Below are positions 41,975-52,606 of a stretch of 64,000 nucleotides of DNA, piece by piece. The stretch comes from an uncultured Planctomycetia bacterium. GTDB taxonomy: Bacteria > Omnitrophota > Gorgyraeia > VGKH01 > JBHPFN01. The position numbers were made by a program, and so were the translations under genes. The stretch lies in assembly GCA_964406665.1 (NCBI GenBank), contig CAYOSQ010000001.1, forward strand, positions 7,412 through 71,411, written 5' to 3'. The notes beneath the pieces are model-generated. The model searched no databases, was not told the origin of the DNA, and saw only the letters and a list, made by a program, of their open reading frames with translations. Within the stretch, counting starts at the first letter, position 1. Each line of letters opens with the position of its first letter.

Positions 41975-43267
41975 CTACTCCTTTCTTTTTAAGCCTTCAT
42001 AAACTTGAACAAGCCGTTGCTTAGTTTTTTCACAACCCAATATTTCAATTGTCTCGAATAATCCCGGGCCGATGAGCTTTCCGGTTAAAGCCGCCCTTAC
42101 TGGATGCACCAATTCCGAAGCGCTCATATCTAACTCCTGCACCAGAGCCCTAAACTCTTCCTCAATAGAATGCGCATCAAAACTTTCCAAAGATCCTACT
42201 TTTTCAGCCAGTAAAGAAAACTCCTTCGATAAATTCTTAGATTGTAATTTTTCACGTGCTTGCTCATTAAAAACGGGCTTATCTAAAAACAAAAAGTCTG
42301 TCCAATCCAAAAAATCTCCTAAATTGTTAATCCTGCCTTGATACAGCTTAACAACTTTATTCAACCAATCCCGATCAAAGTCTTCTTGTAGATACTTCCT
42401 GTTTTTAAGAAACGGGGTGATTAAATCCGTTAATTTACCAACTTCCAGCTTCTTGATATACTCACTATTAACCCAGTTAAGTTTATCTAGAGAAAATGTT
42501 GCGGCAGTCTTATTAACTTTTTTTATAGAGAAGTTTTTAACGGCCTTATCCAAAGATACGATCTCCTGATTGCCTCCCGGAGACCAGCCTAAAAGCATGA
42601 AATAATTCCTCAAAGCGTCCGGCAAATATCCCATCGCCTTGTATTCACTTATTGCTGTAGCACCTGTTCTCTTAGAAAGCCTACCTCCATCATTACCTAA
42701 AATAAGCGGCAAGTGAGCAAACTTAGGAACCTTATACCCTAAAGCATCATAAAGCAAAACCTGTTTGGGCGTATTAGAGATATGATCATCCCCGCGGATT
42801 ACATGGGTAATGCCCATCTCGGCATCATCTACTGTGCAGGCAAAATTATATGTAGGAGTCCCGTCGGATTTAATAAGTACCTGGTCTTTGATTTCTGAAG
42901 CATCAAACTCTATTTCTCCACGGATAACATCATAAACCTTGATTTCTTTATCGGGTACAGGGTATATAATTGCACCTTCGCTGTGAACCGCTTTGCCTTC
43001 TTCCAACAATTTATCTACGTGTTGCTTGTAAACATCGGGCCTTTTGCTTTGATAATGAATCTCGTCCCAGTTTAATCCTAGCCACTTAAGACTATCTAAA
43101 ATCTCATCCAGATATTTTTTCTCTGACCTGTTTACATCAGTATCTTCAATGCGCAGGACAAACTGTCCTTTATTAGCCCTAGCATAAAGCCAGTTAAACA
43201 ACGCTGTTCTGGCACCACCGATATGAAGATATCCCGTCGGAGACGGAGCAAAGCGAACCCTGGTCAT
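41975..43267 (-). CDS. gltX: Glutamate--tRNA ligase (class I aminoacyl-tRNA synthetase)
   Basis: RFAPSPTGYLHIGGARTALFNW (HIGH region) and a downstream LSKR KMSKS-like motif. Confidence 0.8.
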   Translation of the reverse strand: MTRVRFAPSPTGYLHIGGARTALFNWLYARANKGQFVLRIEDTDVNRSEKKYLDEILDSLKWLGLNWDEIHYQSKRPDVYKQHVDKLLEEGKAVHSEGAIIYPVPDKEIKVYDVIRGEIEFDASEIKDQVLIKSDGTPTYNFACTVDDAEMGITHVIRGDDHISNTPKQVLLYDALGYKVPKFAHLPLILGNDGGRLSKRTGATAISEYKAMGYLPDALRNYFMLLGWSPGGNQEIVSLDKAVKNFSIKKVNKTAATFSLDKLNWVNSEYIKKLEVGKLTDLITPFLKNRKYLQEDFDRDWLNKVVKLYQGRINNLGDFLDWTDFLFLDKPVFNEQAREKLQSKNLSKEFSLLAEKVGSLESFDAHSIEEEFRALVQELDMSASELVHPVRAALTGKLIGPGLFETIEILGCEKTKQRLVQVYEGLKRKE

Positions 43268-43268
43268 T

Positions 43269-43820
43269 CTATGCTTTAACCTTTCCGCTACCTATAGCAA
43301 AACCTTGCTCAAGTGCTTTTTTATTAATTGCTAGAAGATTTATTTTTTTAGGCGGGGCGATTTTCCTCATGGCTTGAATAACGCTTTTTAAACGTACAAT
43401 TCTTTTCTGAGCTAGATATACGCCTAAAGCAACGGTGTTTGCTACCTTTATGTTACCTAACTTAACCGCAACATCCGTAAGCGGTACGGATAATATCTTT
43501 AAATCTTTTTTCTTAGGAATTTTTCTAACCAAAGAACTATTGATTATCAGCAATCCTTTTTTCTTAATACGGGAAATAAACCTATCCAGGGACGGTTGAT
43601 TCATCGCACAACATGTATCAGCTTCTGTAATATGGGGAGATGCGATTTCTCGCTCAGCAATTTTAACCATACAATATGCCGTGCCGCCTCTGACCTCAGC
43701 ACCATAAGCAGGCAGCCAAGTTACAACCTTATTTTCTTCTAAAGCGGCATGGGCTAAAATCTTACCCATCAACATAATTCCCTGTCCGCCAAAACCTGCA
43801 AAAATTATCTTTTCTTTCAT
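43269..43820 (-). CDS. porG: 2-oxoacid:ferredoxin oxidoreductase gamma subunit
   Basis: IIFAGFGGQGIMLMGKILAHAAL is the signature N-terminus of Por/Kor gamma subunits. Confidence 0.75.
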   Translation of the reverse strand: MKEKIIFAGFGGQGIMLMGKILAHAALEENKVVTWLPAYGAEVRGGTAYCMVKIAEREIASPHITEADTCCAMNQPSLDRFISRIKKKGLLIINSSLVRKIPKKKDLKILSVPLTDVAVKLGNIKVANTVALGVYLAQKRIVRLKSVIQAMRKIAPPKKINLLAINKKALEQGFAIGSGKVKA

Positions 43821-43827
43821 AATAAAT

Positions 43828-45186
43828 CTATAAACCTAAATCTTTCTTACCTCTAATTTGAGCCTTTAATTCTTCGATCTCTCTTTGTTGATGCTGAACA
43901 ACCTTTGTAAGCACTGCAACGATATCCATCGGGCTTAAAGACTCTCCATCTGGCTCAGCAACTAATTCAGGGACGTCTTCAGCAACAAATCCAACATATT
44001 CTTGGCCGTCAAGTTTATTTCTATAACTAACAGGTTCAAGATCTATCACTGTTTTCAAGGCATCATCTAACAAAAGAGGATTTATATTCTCTTTGTTTTT
44101 CCTGCTAGAAGAATTTGTCCACGCCCCTCCCATGGTTAAATGCGCACCTGATGGATGATTAATAGCGTCTGAAGGATTGATCTCTCCTCCTATTCCAATC
44201 GCGCCATCATTAGCAAGTGCGAGTAAATTCACTTCTCCTCCTGCTCCATCATCCCAGGCAAATATTGTCTTACCGGTATTGGCTCCTGTATGCATAACCC
44301 AAAAATTGCTATCATTTCCTCCGTCATACCACATATCTCTTCTGGCAGTACCAAAACCCACGCTTCCAACAGAGGCAGCATCACTTGCTATTTCCAGCTG
44401 AGTCGAAGGAGTTGTTGTATTAATTCCAACGTGGCCACCATTAGCTGCGGTTAAAATAGTTAGATGCTCATCAGCAGATGCTGCATTAGGCAAAAGAGGG
44501 TCAAAATTAGTAGCAGCAGAGGTTTTATTTCCTATACCTAAACGATTACCGTAGCTCGGGCCGTAAGCATTAATGAGCCAGTGGCGGTTTATTCCTACAT
44601 CAACCCCGCTAAGAATAATATGCGACATATGAGAAGTACTATATTTACCTACTACATGTAATGCAGCAGAATCGCTTGATTCCAAAACAAAAGAAGGCCC
44701 ATAAAAATAATGTTTACTACCAGCACCGTCTTCTCCTATATGAAGCTTAACATTAGTATTGTATCCTCCAGCAGAATTTAATCCTGGGTTAGTTATATCT
44801 CCTAATCCGATTAAGTACGCTGGGTCGGCTGGAAGCAGAAAATCAGGAACCCCAGCTAAGGAGCTGTTGTCAACATGTGTCCAATATCCTCCACTGCGCT
44901 GCCAACCCCAGACACCGGCTAAATTTTTGCTGCAATAAAAAAATCCCTCTTGCGCTAACCCACCAGGCCCACCATTGTCATAATGCAAAACACCCTGCTG
45001 CGCAGGGTCCACCCCATCACAAGCCGGAGGCGTATCATTAGGCCACAGCAGCAAGGCTTTATACGCGCCATAGGGTGCCGGATAATAAGTTGTCATCTTT
45101 AACTCTTCGGTTGTTTGAGCATAGGCGTAAATACTAGCTAGTGCAATTAAACTAATAACAATCAAAGTAATTATTGTTTTTTTCAT
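43828..45186 (-). CDS. Secreted tail-fibre-like protein with a C-terminal S74-type intramolecular chaperone domain (paralog 1 of 3)
   Basis: Signal peptide, then the conserved module KMTTYYPAPYGAYKALLLWPNDTPPACDG. The C-terminus (RKNKENINPLLLDDALKTVIDLEPVSYRNKLDGQEYVGFVAEDVPELV...IEELKAQI) resembles endosialidase/tail-fibre chaperone domains. Confidence 0.55.
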   Translation of the reverse strand: MKKTIITLIVISLIALASIYAYAQTTEELKMTTYYPAPYGAYKALLLWPNDTPPACDGVDPAQQGVLHYDNGGPGGLAQEGFFYCSKNLAGVWGWQRSGGYWTHVDNSSLAGVPDFLLPADPAYLIGLGDITNPGLNSAGGYNTNVKLHIGEDGAGSKHYFYGPSFVLESSDSAALHVVGKYSTSHMSHIILSGVDVGINRHWLINAYGPSYGNRLGIGNKTSAATNFDPLLPNAASADEHLTILTAANGGHVGINTTTPSTQLEIASDAASVGSVGFGTARRDMWYDGGNDSNFWVMHTGANTGKTIFAWDDGAGGEVNLLALANDGAIGIGGEINPSDAINHPSGAHLTMGGAWTNSSSRKNKENINPLLLDDALKTVIDLEPVSYRNKLDGQEYVGFVAEDVPELVAEPDGESLSPMDIVAVLTKVVQHQQREIEELKAQIRGKKDLGL

Positions 45187-45199
45187 ATTGCACCTCCTA

Positions 45200-45940
45200 T
45201 TATTTTAATCTACCTAAGGGAAATTGTTTAGTCATTGTATTTTCTATCCAATCCATAGCCTGCTTAGGCTTTACACCCCAATAAGTAGGACAAGGAGATA
45301 AAACCTCGACGAGAGAAAATCCAATTCCTTTTATTTGATTTTCAAATGCTTGTTTAATAGCTTTTTTAGTTTTAAGAATTTGCTGTGGAGAACTAGCTGC
45401 TGTCCTTTCAACATAAGTAACTGCCGGCAAAGAAGCGATGATTTCTGATATTTTTAAAGGAGACCCTGCGTCCTTTAGATCTCTACCCTTTGGAGTAGTT
45501 GCTGTAACCTGTCCGACTAAAGTTGTAGGAGCCATCTGGCCTCCGGTCATCCCGTATACTGCATTATTAATAAAAATGCAGGTTAAATTTTCTCCTCGAT
45601 TTGCAGCATGAATAGTTTCTGCAGTACCTATAGCAGCTAAATCACCATCTCCCTGATAAGTGAATACGAATTTATCCGGAGAGCATCTTTTAATACCTGT
45701 AGCCACAGCCAAGGCCCTACCGTGAGCAGCCTCGGAGCAATCAAAATCCCAATAATCATAAGCAATCACTGCGCAGCCCACAGGACAAACAGCTATAGTT
45801 TTATCGCGAATTTTTAATTCGTCAATAATTTCACTGACAAGCCTATGAACTATTCCATGTCCACAACCAGAACAATAATGCGTAGGATTGTCTCTTAAAC
45901 TTTTTGGCCTAGACAACACTTTGGTATATTTTTTCTTCAT
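45200..45940 (-). CDS. porB: 2-oxoacid:ferredoxin oxidoreductase beta (TPP-binding) subunit. The start is reassigned to the internal ATG (MKKKYTKVLSRP) that overlaps the porA stop as ATGA.
   Basis: Conserved CSGCGHGI and GDG..AAIG TPP-binding motifs. The track ORF extends to 46024 over the end of porA. Confidence 0.8.
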   Translation of the reverse strand: MKKKYTKVLSRPKSLRDNPTHYCSGCGHGIVHRLVSEIIDELKIRDKTIAVCPVGCAVIAYDYWDFDCSEAAHGRALAVATGIKRCSPDKFVFTYQGDGDLAAIGTAETIHAANRGENLTCIFINNAVYGMTGGQMAPTTLVGQVTATTPKGRDLKDAGSPLKISEIIASLPAVTYVERTAASSPQQILKTKKAIKQAFENQIKGIGFSLVEVLSPCPTYWGVKPKQAMDWIENTMTKQFPLGRLK

Positions 45941-47025
45941 TTGCTGATCTTTTTTATCTTCTTTAAAATTTCCTCTTTGGAAGGAATACTCCCACCGGAA
46001 CGGCCGAAGAAATACACAGGACATCTCTCGCGCACAGCAAGACGAACATCCTCGACCATTTGACCACAGCTCATTTCAACCGTTAAAACATTTTTTATCT
46101 TTTTGTTCGTCTTGAACAATTTATAAAATGCATTATCAGGAAACGGCCAGAGAGATATCGGCCTAATCAATCCTACTTTAATTCCTTTTTCTCTTGCTTC
46201 TTCCATAGCCTGCTTAGCTATACGAGCCATTGAACCATATGCAACTAAAACTACTTTGCTATCATTTAAATGCAAAGACTCATAGCGTCTTTCTTTCAAA
46301 GAAATTATTCTATATGTCGCCTGTAAAACTTTATTCAGCTCTTCCAGGGCACCTTCTTTCAACAACAGAGAGCGGATAATATTAGGTTTACGGTTCTTTG
46401 CACCAGTAAGAATCCAGGGTTTTTTGATTTTTCTAGATACTGTTTTTTGCATCTGAAAGCCGTGTATAGATTCCATCATCTGACCAAGCATGCCATCACC
46501 CAAAACTATAGCCGGTACCCTATAAGCTTCGCTCAACTCAAATGCCTTAACTGTTAAATCAACTGCTTCTTGTACTGAAGCAGGAGCTAATACTATGCAA
46601 CGATAGTCTCCGTGGCCTCCGCCTTTAGTCGCCTGGAAATAATCAGCTTGGCTGAGAGATATATTGCCTAAACCCGGACCTCCCCGCATAATATTAACAA
46701 TCACAGCAGGCAATCTACATGCAGCCAAATACGAAATTCCTTCCTGCTTTAAGCTCATTCCCGGGCTAGAAGAAGTAGTCATGGCTAAAGCGCCTGTTGT
46801 TGCTGCACCAAATACCATATTTATTGCTGCCAACTCTGACTCTGCCTGAATAAATATTCCACTTACTTCTGGCATACGCCTTGACATATATGCGGGTATT
46901 TCATTTTGCGGAGTAATGGGATAGCCAGTATAGAACCGACAACCTGCCTGTATCGCAGCTTCGGCAATAGCTTCGTTTCCCGTCATCAACAAACTGTTTT
47001 TATTTTTTTTCTTTGTATGTTTCAA
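45937..47025 (-). CDS. porA: 2-oxoacid:ferredoxin oxidoreductase alpha subunit
   Basis: LLMTGNEAIAEAAIQAGCRFYTGYPITPQNEI is a typical alpha-subunit N-terminus. The start is TTG (as tracked) or the internal ATG near 46986. Confidence 0.8.
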   Translation of the reverse strand: MKHTKKKNKNSLLMTGNEAIAEAAIQAGCRFYTGYPITPQNEIPAYMSRRMPEVSGIFIQAESELAAINMVFGAATTGALAMTTSSSPGMSLKQEGISYLAACRLPAVIVNIMRGGPGLGNISLSQADYFQATKGGGHGDYRCIVLAPASVQEAVDLTVKAFELSEAYRVPAIVLGDGMLGQMMESIHGFQMQKTVSRKIKKPWILTGAKNRKPNIIRSLLLKEGALEELNKVLQATYRIISLKERRYESLHLNDSKVVLVAYGSMARIAKQAMEEAREKGIKVGLIRPISLWPFPDNAFYKLFKTNKKIKNVLTVEMSCGQMVEDVRLAVRERCPVYFFGRSGGSIPSKEEILKKIKKISK

Positions 47026-47218
47026 TACAAACCTCCGGACAAACTACATAACACATCCCGCAACCGGTACATTTCTTCTTTTGATCTTTTTTAAATTTCA
47101 CCGACTTAACTCCCAGCTTGTTGAAAGAAGATTCTATACCAATTAATCCTTGCGGACAAAAAGCAATACAAAGATAGCATGCTTTACATTTATCTTTTTT
47201 TATCTTAATTTTTGCCAT
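47000..47218 (-). CDS. porD: 4Fe-4S ferredoxin-type delta subunit of 2-oxoacid:ferredoxin oxidoreductase
   Basis: Two CxxCxxCxxxCP clusters: CKACYLCIAFCP and CTGCGMCYVVCP. Confidence 0.8.
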   Translation of the reverse strand: MAKIKIKKDKCKACYLCIAFCPQGLIGIESSFNKLGVKSVKFKKDQKKKCTGCGMCYVVCPEVCIETYKEKK

Positions 47219-47223
47219 GAACT

Positions 47224-49107
47224 TTATTGATTTATAAAATGTTTAATTGTTTTTGTCAAAGACTCAACATCAAGACCAAGCTCCTTAAATAGCTTTTTGC
47301 GAGTTCCATGAACTATGAATTCCGTCGGGAGGCCTAAGTTAAGAATTTGAGGTAACTTATCTTTTTTGCACAAATCAACAATTTTTCCAGTAACCGTACT
47401 CCCAAACCCTCCATCAACAATTCCTTCTTCAATAGTTACTACTTTCTTGTGCGTTTTTAATAATTTCTGCAAAAGCTTTTCGTCTATCGGCTTTGCAAAA
47501 CGAGCATTAACCACTGTAGTTTCTATTTTTTCTTTCGCCAAATTTTCTGCAACCTCAGCTACATGTTTTACCATAGTTCCTATTGACAATATGGCGACAT
47601 CCTTACCTTCCCGGATAACTTCTGCTTTGCCCAATTCTATTTTTATGCCTGGTTCGCCCTGAGAAATCTTATCAACCTCTTTGGGATAACGTATCGCTAC
47701 AGGTTGATTAACATTAACTGCGAATTCAAGCATTGCTTGAAATTCTGATAAATCCTTTGGCGCCAATACAACCAAATTTGGCAAGTTACCCAAATAAGCT
47801 AAATCTGTTACTCCGTGATGAGTAGCTCCGTCAACCCCAACCAAACCTGCCCTATCAATTGCAAAAACCACTGGTAAATTTTGAAGCGCTACCGCCTCCA
47901 TAATTTGATCAAACGAACGCTGAAGAAAAGTTGAGTATATGGCAACTACGGGTTTTAACCCTGATTTTGCCAACCCTGCGGCAAAACATACTGCATGCTC
48001 TTCAGCTATGCCCACATCAAAAAATCTGTCAGGAAACTTATCGCGGAATAAATCTAACCCCGTCCCGTCAGGCATGGCAGCGGTAATAGCAACTATTTTT
48101 TTATCTTTGGCTGCCAGCTTAACAATTTCTTCTCCGAATATTCTTGTATACGATGCTGTATCATCTGCGTATTGAGATGGCTTTGCCCTACCCGATGAAA
48201 CCACGAAAGGAGAAGCGCTATGAAACCTCACAGGGTTTTCTTCTGCCGGATCATATCCTTTCCCTTTTTTAGTAACAATATGAATAATGCGCGGCTCTTT
48301 TAGAGAAAGAATATTTTTCAGTGTCGGCACTAATGTGCTTAGATCGTGTCCGTCAAAAGGACCGAAATAACGAAATCCCAATTCCTCAAAAAATATTCCC
48401 GGAACAATCAACCCCTTAAACACTTCTTCGAATTTATCCGAAAGCTTAAGTATGCGGGTTCCCACCCGCGGAATGCGTTCCTTAATAAAATGCTCAACTG
48501 CCTCACGAAATCTATTATAGATCGGCTGAGATATAATCTTATTCAAATAATTGGAAAGCGCACCCACCGACGGGGCGATGCTCATCTCGTTAGTATTAAA
48601 CATTACCGCTATATCTGTTTTCAAATGTCCGGCATTATTTAAGGCCTCAAAACACAAACCTCCAGTAAGTGAACCATCACCCATAACCGCAACAATTTTC
48701 TCATCGGTCTTTTTCAAATCCCTTGCAGCCGCTAACCCTAGTGCAAGCGAAACAGATGTTGAGCTGTGTCCCGTGGTAAATACATCGTACTCAGATTCGT
48801 CCTTGTGAGGAAAGCCGCTTATTCCTTTAAACTGTCTGAGGGTATGAAATTTTTTAGCACGTCCTGTTAAAATCTTATGAGCATAACATTGATGTCCAAC
48901 ATCCCAAACAATTTTATCTTCGGGAGTATTAAGACAGTAGTGCAACGCTACTGTTAGCTCGACTGCGCCTAAGCTAGAAGCAAGATGCCCCCCTGTTGAT
49001 GACACTACTTGTATCATCTTTTCGCGAATTTCATGTGCTACAAACGGCAATTCGTCAACAGGAAGTTCTTTAAGATCATTTGGAGAGTTGATTCTGTCAA
49101 TTAACAC
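47224..49107 (-). CDS. dxs: 1-deoxy-D-xylulose-5-phosphate synthase
   Basis: Transketolase-like TPP motifs GHSSTSVSLALGLA and GDGSLTGG. GTG start; 627 aa. Confidence 0.85.
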   Translation of the reverse strand: MLIDRINSPNDLKELPVDELPFVAHEIREKMIQVVSSTGGHLASSLGAVELTVALHYCLNTPEDKIVWDVGHQCYAHKILTGRAKKFHTLRQFKGISGFPHKDESEYDVFTTGHSSTSVSLALGLAAARDLKKTDEKIVAVMGDGSLTGGLCFEALNNAGHLKTDIAVMFNTNEMSIAPSVGALSNYLNKIISQPIYNRFREAVEHFIKERIPRVGTRILKLSDKFEEVFKGLIVPGIFFEELGFRYFGPFDGHDLSTLVPTLKNILSLKEPRIIHIVTKKGKGYDPAEENPVRFHSASPFVVSSGRAKPSQYADDTASYTRIFGEEIVKLAAKDKKIVAITAAMPDGTGLDLFRDKFPDRFFDVGIAEEHAVCFAAGLAKSGLKPVVAIYSTFLQRSFDQIMEAVALQNLPVVFAIDRAGLVGVDGATHHGVTDLAYLGNLPNLVVLAPKDLSEFQAMLEFAVNVNQPVAIRYPKEVDKISQGEPGIKIELGKAEVIREGKDVAILSIGTMVKHVAEVAENLAKEKIETTVVNARFAKPIDEKLLQKLLKTHKKVVTIEEGIVDGGFGSTVTGKIVDLCKKDKLPQILNLGLPTEFIVHGTRKKLFKELGLDVESLTKTIKHFINQ

Positions 49108-49109
49108 GG

Positions 49110-49490
49110 CTATAGATTTTCTGATTGCAATCGCATGAGTCTTTGAACTATAGAATAGATTCTTTGCTGATCATCTTTCTTAACTTTGCTTAATTCGATA
49201 CCAGTATCAAAGAACAGTGGTTTCTTTTCATCCGAATCTTTTCTCTTTACCACCCAAACGATTTTACCTTCACATTTTATATGAGGCTGTGTATCCATTA
49301 AATCAAGCTCAACTTCTACGGGAGTAAACAAACCAAGGTCTTTCTTTAAAATGACACAGACACCACCCATCCCGATATTCTCTGTATGTGTCAACATCGC
49401 TTCCGGACGGACGCTGCTGCGACGGATAATGACCAAACAGGGATAATTTGCCCTAGGAAATCTTCTTCTATCCATACCTTGCCATGTCAT
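49110..49490 (-). CDS. PilZ-domain protein (c-di-GMP receptor candidate)
   Basis: DRRRFPRANYPCLV...THTENIGMGGVCV fits the PilZ RxxxR ... (D/N)xSxxG pattern. Confidence 0.6.
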   Translation of the reverse strand: MTWQGMDRRRFPRANYPCLVIIRRSSVRPEAMLTHTENIGMGGVCVILKKDLGLFTPVEVELDLMDTQPHIKCEGKIVWVVKRKDSDEKKPLFFDTGIELSKVKKDDQQRIYSIVQRLMRLQSENL

Positions 49491-50269
49491 TTGAACCCCC
49501 TTTGTAATCTTTTAATAGAATTAGCTTTACCAGTTTTTTCATCTATATCTATAATAACGCCGTGCAGCTGAATATCCTCAGAAGCAACTTCAAACCTAAC
49601 CGGCAGACCTGTAAGAAATCTCTCTATTATCTTTTCTTTTTTTTGACCAATAACAGAATCGCAAGGACCTACCATGCCCGCATCAGTAATATATGCAGTG
49701 CCTTTGGACAAAACCTTTTCATCTGCAGTCTGAATATGAGTATGAGTGCCTATTACCGCACTTACTTCTCCGTCCAAAAAATGTCCCATAGCAACTTTTT
49801 CGCTGGTTGCCTCTGCATGCATATCAACAATAATAACCTTAGTTTCTTTTTTTAGCTCAGCCACTAATTTCTCTGCTGCCTTAAAAGGATTCTCTACTAC
49901 AGGGGCCATGAACACCCTACCCTGTAGATTAAGCACGCCAACTTTTTTACTCCCCTTTTCTACGACACAACATCCAACACCTGGGACTTCTACAGCAAAA
50001 TTAGCCGGACGCACAAGCCTGTCCTTGTTGTCCATCTCATCTAAAAGTTCTCGCCTATCCCAAATATGATCGCCACTAGTTAATATGTCAACGTTGTATC
50101 TTGCAAGCTCATCAATAATTTTTGGAGTTATTCCAGCACCGCCGGCAGCATTTTCTGCATTAGCTATGCAAAATTCTATGTTGAATTCTTCTGTAATCTG
50201 TGGGAGGAGCTCGGCAATTGCCTCTCTGCCTTGCTTACCTACAACATCTCCGATAAACAATATATTCAT
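49487..50269 (-). CDS. ymdB: YmdB-like metallophosphoesterase (TIGR00282 family)
   Basis: MNILFIGDVVGKQGREAI start and GDHIWD motif. Located adjacent to rny, as in many genomes. Confidence 0.75.
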   Translation of the reverse strand: MNILFIGDVVGKQGREAIAELLPQITEEFNIEFCIANAENAAGGAGITPKIIDELARYNVDILTSGDHIWDRRELLDEMDNKDRLVRPANFAVEVPGVGCCVVEKGSKKVGVLNLQGRVFMAPVVENPFKAAEKLVAELKKETKVIIVDMHAEATSEKVAMGHFLDGEVSAVIGTHTHIQTADEKVLSKGTAYITDAGMVGPCDSVIGQKKEKIIERFLTGLPVRFEVASEDIQLHGVIIDIDEKTGKANSIKRLQRGFK

Positions 50270-50347
50270 ACTATTACATTACTGCATAAGATATCTCTAT
50301 GTCAAGCAACAATACATAAACAAACTTAGCATTATTATGCCCTGTAG

Positions 50348-51922
50348 TTACTTAGCATATTCTATGGCACGAGTTTCTCTTATGACAGTTACCTTTATCT
50401 GTCCGGGATATTCCATCCCATCTTCAATCTTTTTACGTATGTCATTAGCTAAAACTGTTACTTCGGCATCAGCTACTCTCTCAGGCTGTACAATTACACG
50501 TATTTCTCTTCCAGCCTGAATTGCGAATGCCTTCTCAACGCCCTTAAACTCCGTAGCGATTGATTCTAGTTTATCTAAGCGCTTGATATAACTTTCTAAA
50601 GTTTCTCGACGCGCACCTGGACGAGCAGCACTAATACCATCTGCGGCTATAGCAAGTACGGCGTATAAGCTTTTTATTTCTTCTTCTTCGTGATGAGCTC
50701 CTATAGAATTAACCACCATCTCTGACTCACCAAACTTTTTAGCTAATTCGGCCCCGATCTTTGCGTGTGTACCTTCTATCTGATGATCAACCGCCTTACC
50801 TATATCGTGCAACAAGCCGATACGTCGGGCTAGCTTATAATCCAAACCTAGCTCCGAAGCCATAACACCCATAAGATAAGATACCTCTTTAGAATGCTGC
50901 AGTGCGTTCTGTCCGAAACTGGTGCGGTATTTTAATTTTCCTAAGAGCCTTATTATCTCCGGCCTAACACCTAAAAGTCCCATATCAAAAACTACCTGTT
51001 CACCCTCTTCTTTAATGCGCTGAGACAAGTCTTTTTTTGCCTTTTCCACAACTTCTTCTATGCGTCCGGGATGAATCCTGCCATCTCCAATTAACTTCTC
51101 TAAAGCCATCCTGGCAACTTCACGGCGCACCACATCAAAACCTGATAAAGTCACAGCTTCCGGCGTATCATCTATAATGATATCTATTCCTGTGGCCATC
51201 TCTAATGCCCTGATGTTACGGCCTTCTCTACCTATGATCCTACCTTTCATTTCATCACTAGGAAGACTAACAACGCTTACGGTTGATTCTGTTGTGTGTT
51301 CAGTTGCGCAGCGCTGAATAGCTAAACTGACAATCTCCTTAGCTTTTTTATCAGAAGTTTCTTTCACTTCATCTTCAAGTTTTTTAAGAAGCACAGCTTT
51401 TTCTCTTTTCATTTCTTCTTCTAAACGCACCATAAGCAATCTTCTGGCCTCTTCTTGGGATAGAGAAGAAATTTGCTGCAGGCGCTGTTTTTCTTCAACA
51501 AGCAGCTTTTGGAGTTGATCGTCTTTCTGTTTAATAGCTGCTTCTTGGCCTAAAACGGCCTGCTGTTTTTGTTGCATGTCTTTTTCTTTTTTCTCGAGAA
51601 GATCAACACGCCGCTCAATATTCTCCTCCCGCTGCGTCAAGCGTTTCTCTAGCGTGGTAATTTCATCTCGCCTGTCTTTAGTCTCCTTCTCGAAATCCTG
51701 ACGGATATTAAAAAGAAGGTCTTTCGCTTCTATGTCTATTTCTTTTTTTCTTGTTTCTGCTTCTCTTTTGGCTGTCTCTAAAATCTGCTTGGATTCTAAT
51801 TCGGCATTATATACCTTTTTCCCAGCAGTATATTTCCTGACAAAGTATCCCAGAAATATAAAACAGGCAGCCATTAATACAATCATTACTGTCTGAATCA
51901 TAGTATTGGCAAATATTGACAT
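50348..51922 (-). CDS. rny: Ribonuclease Y
   Basis: N-terminal TM helix, long coiled coil, KH domain ([15 protein letters not shown]) and HD domain ([19 protein letters not shown]...LLHDIGK). Confidence 0.85.
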   Translation of the reverse strand: MSIFANTMIQTVMIVLMAACFIFLGYFVRKYTAGKKVYNAELESKQILETAKREAETRKKEIDIEAKDLLFNIRQDFEKETKDRRDEITTLEKRLTQREENIERRVDLLEKKEKDMQQKQQAVLGQEAAIKQKDDQLQKLLVEEKQRLQQISSLSQEEARRLLMVRLEEEMKREKAVLLKKLEDEVKETSDKKAKEIVSLAIQRCATEHTTESTVSVVSLPSDEMKGRIIGREGRNIRALEMATGIDIIIDDTPEAVTLSGFDVVRREVARMALEKLIGDGRIHPGRIEEVVEKAKKDLSQRIKEEGEQVVFDMGLLGVRPEIIRLLGKLKYRTSFGQNALQHSKEVSYLMGVMASELGLDYKLARRIGLLHDIGKAVDHQIEGTHAKIGAELAKKFGESEMVVNSIGAHHEEEEIKSLYAVLAIAADGISAARPGARRETLESYIKRLDKLESIATEFKGVEKAFAIQAGREIRVIVQPERVADAEVTVLANDIRKKIEDGMEYPGQIKVTVIRETRAIEYAK

Positions 51923-52000
51923 GAGTTTAACACCCCCTATTGCACAACTTAATATTTTTTCTTATTCTAACAAGAGATACATGTGTAGAGCTAAATCTGT

Positions 52001-52606
52001 TTATGCAAACAGAATTTTGTCTACTGGCAAGTCGTGATTCTTTTGGTAAGGGATACGCGGAATAACTTGAAAATCAAAGGCAAGTCCTATAGTAAAAACG
52101 TGTCTTGGTAATGTTTTTAAGAAACGGTCGTAATACCCTTTTCCTCTTCCTAGGCGGTTGCCTTTTTTATCAAAAGCAACTCCTGGAACAATAACCAGAT
52201 CAATGTTCTCCTTAGCTATAGGTTTTATGTGTTCCTTCTTGGGTTCAGATATACCATAAACATTCTTTACAAACGTCTTTTGGAAACTATTAACCAGCGA
52301 AGGAACTATTGTTTTTGCCCTCTCCTTAATAACAGGAAGGGCTATATTTTTTTTATTTCTCTTTGCCTCTTTTATCATTTTAAACGTATCAACCTCACCA
52401 TCAAAACTTGCATAAAACAAAATATTTTTTGCTTCTTTAAACTCTAAACAAGAAAACAACTTCTCTTGAACCTTATAACTTTTTCTTGCCCTGCTAACCT
52501 CCTTTTGCACTTTCAACTTATTTAGGATGTATTTCCTAAGTTTTCTTTTTTGTTCTTTAACCTTTTTGTTCACCGGAATCTCCGGTGTTCTTCTTTTTAA
52601 AATCAT
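52001..52606 (-). CDS. 5-formyltetrahydrofolate cyclo-ligase
   Basis: C-terminal VPGVAFDKKGNRLGRGKGYYDRFL motif. The start is uncertain because the tracked ORF overlaps iscU by 50 nt. Confidence 0.65.
   Translation of the reverse strand: MILKRRTPEIPVNKKVKEQKRKLRKYILNKLKVQKEVSRARKSYKVQEKLFSCLEFKEAKNILFYASFDGEVDTFKMIKEAKRNKKNIALPVIKERAKTIVPSLVNSFQKTFVKNVYGISEPKKEHIKPIAKENIDLVIVPGVAFDKKGNRLGRGKGYYDRFLKTLPRHVFTIGLAFDFQVIPRIPYQKNHDLPVDKILFA

Noticed and set aside
45936-46024. One-base inconsistency between my position count and the ORF-track frame around the porA/porB junction
   Set aside because: Anchors elsewhere (331, 30136, 33325, 38561, 41265, 45200, 49107) agree with the track, so this is most likely a local counting slip on my part. 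Coordinates there should be taken as approximate to within 1 nt.}
47000-47025. 26 nt overlap between porD and porA in the ORF track
   Set aside because: It is probably an artefact of the tracked TTG start for porA. An internal ATG (MTGNEA...) about 13 nt after the porD stop is an equally plausible start, so the overlap is not treated as a feature.}
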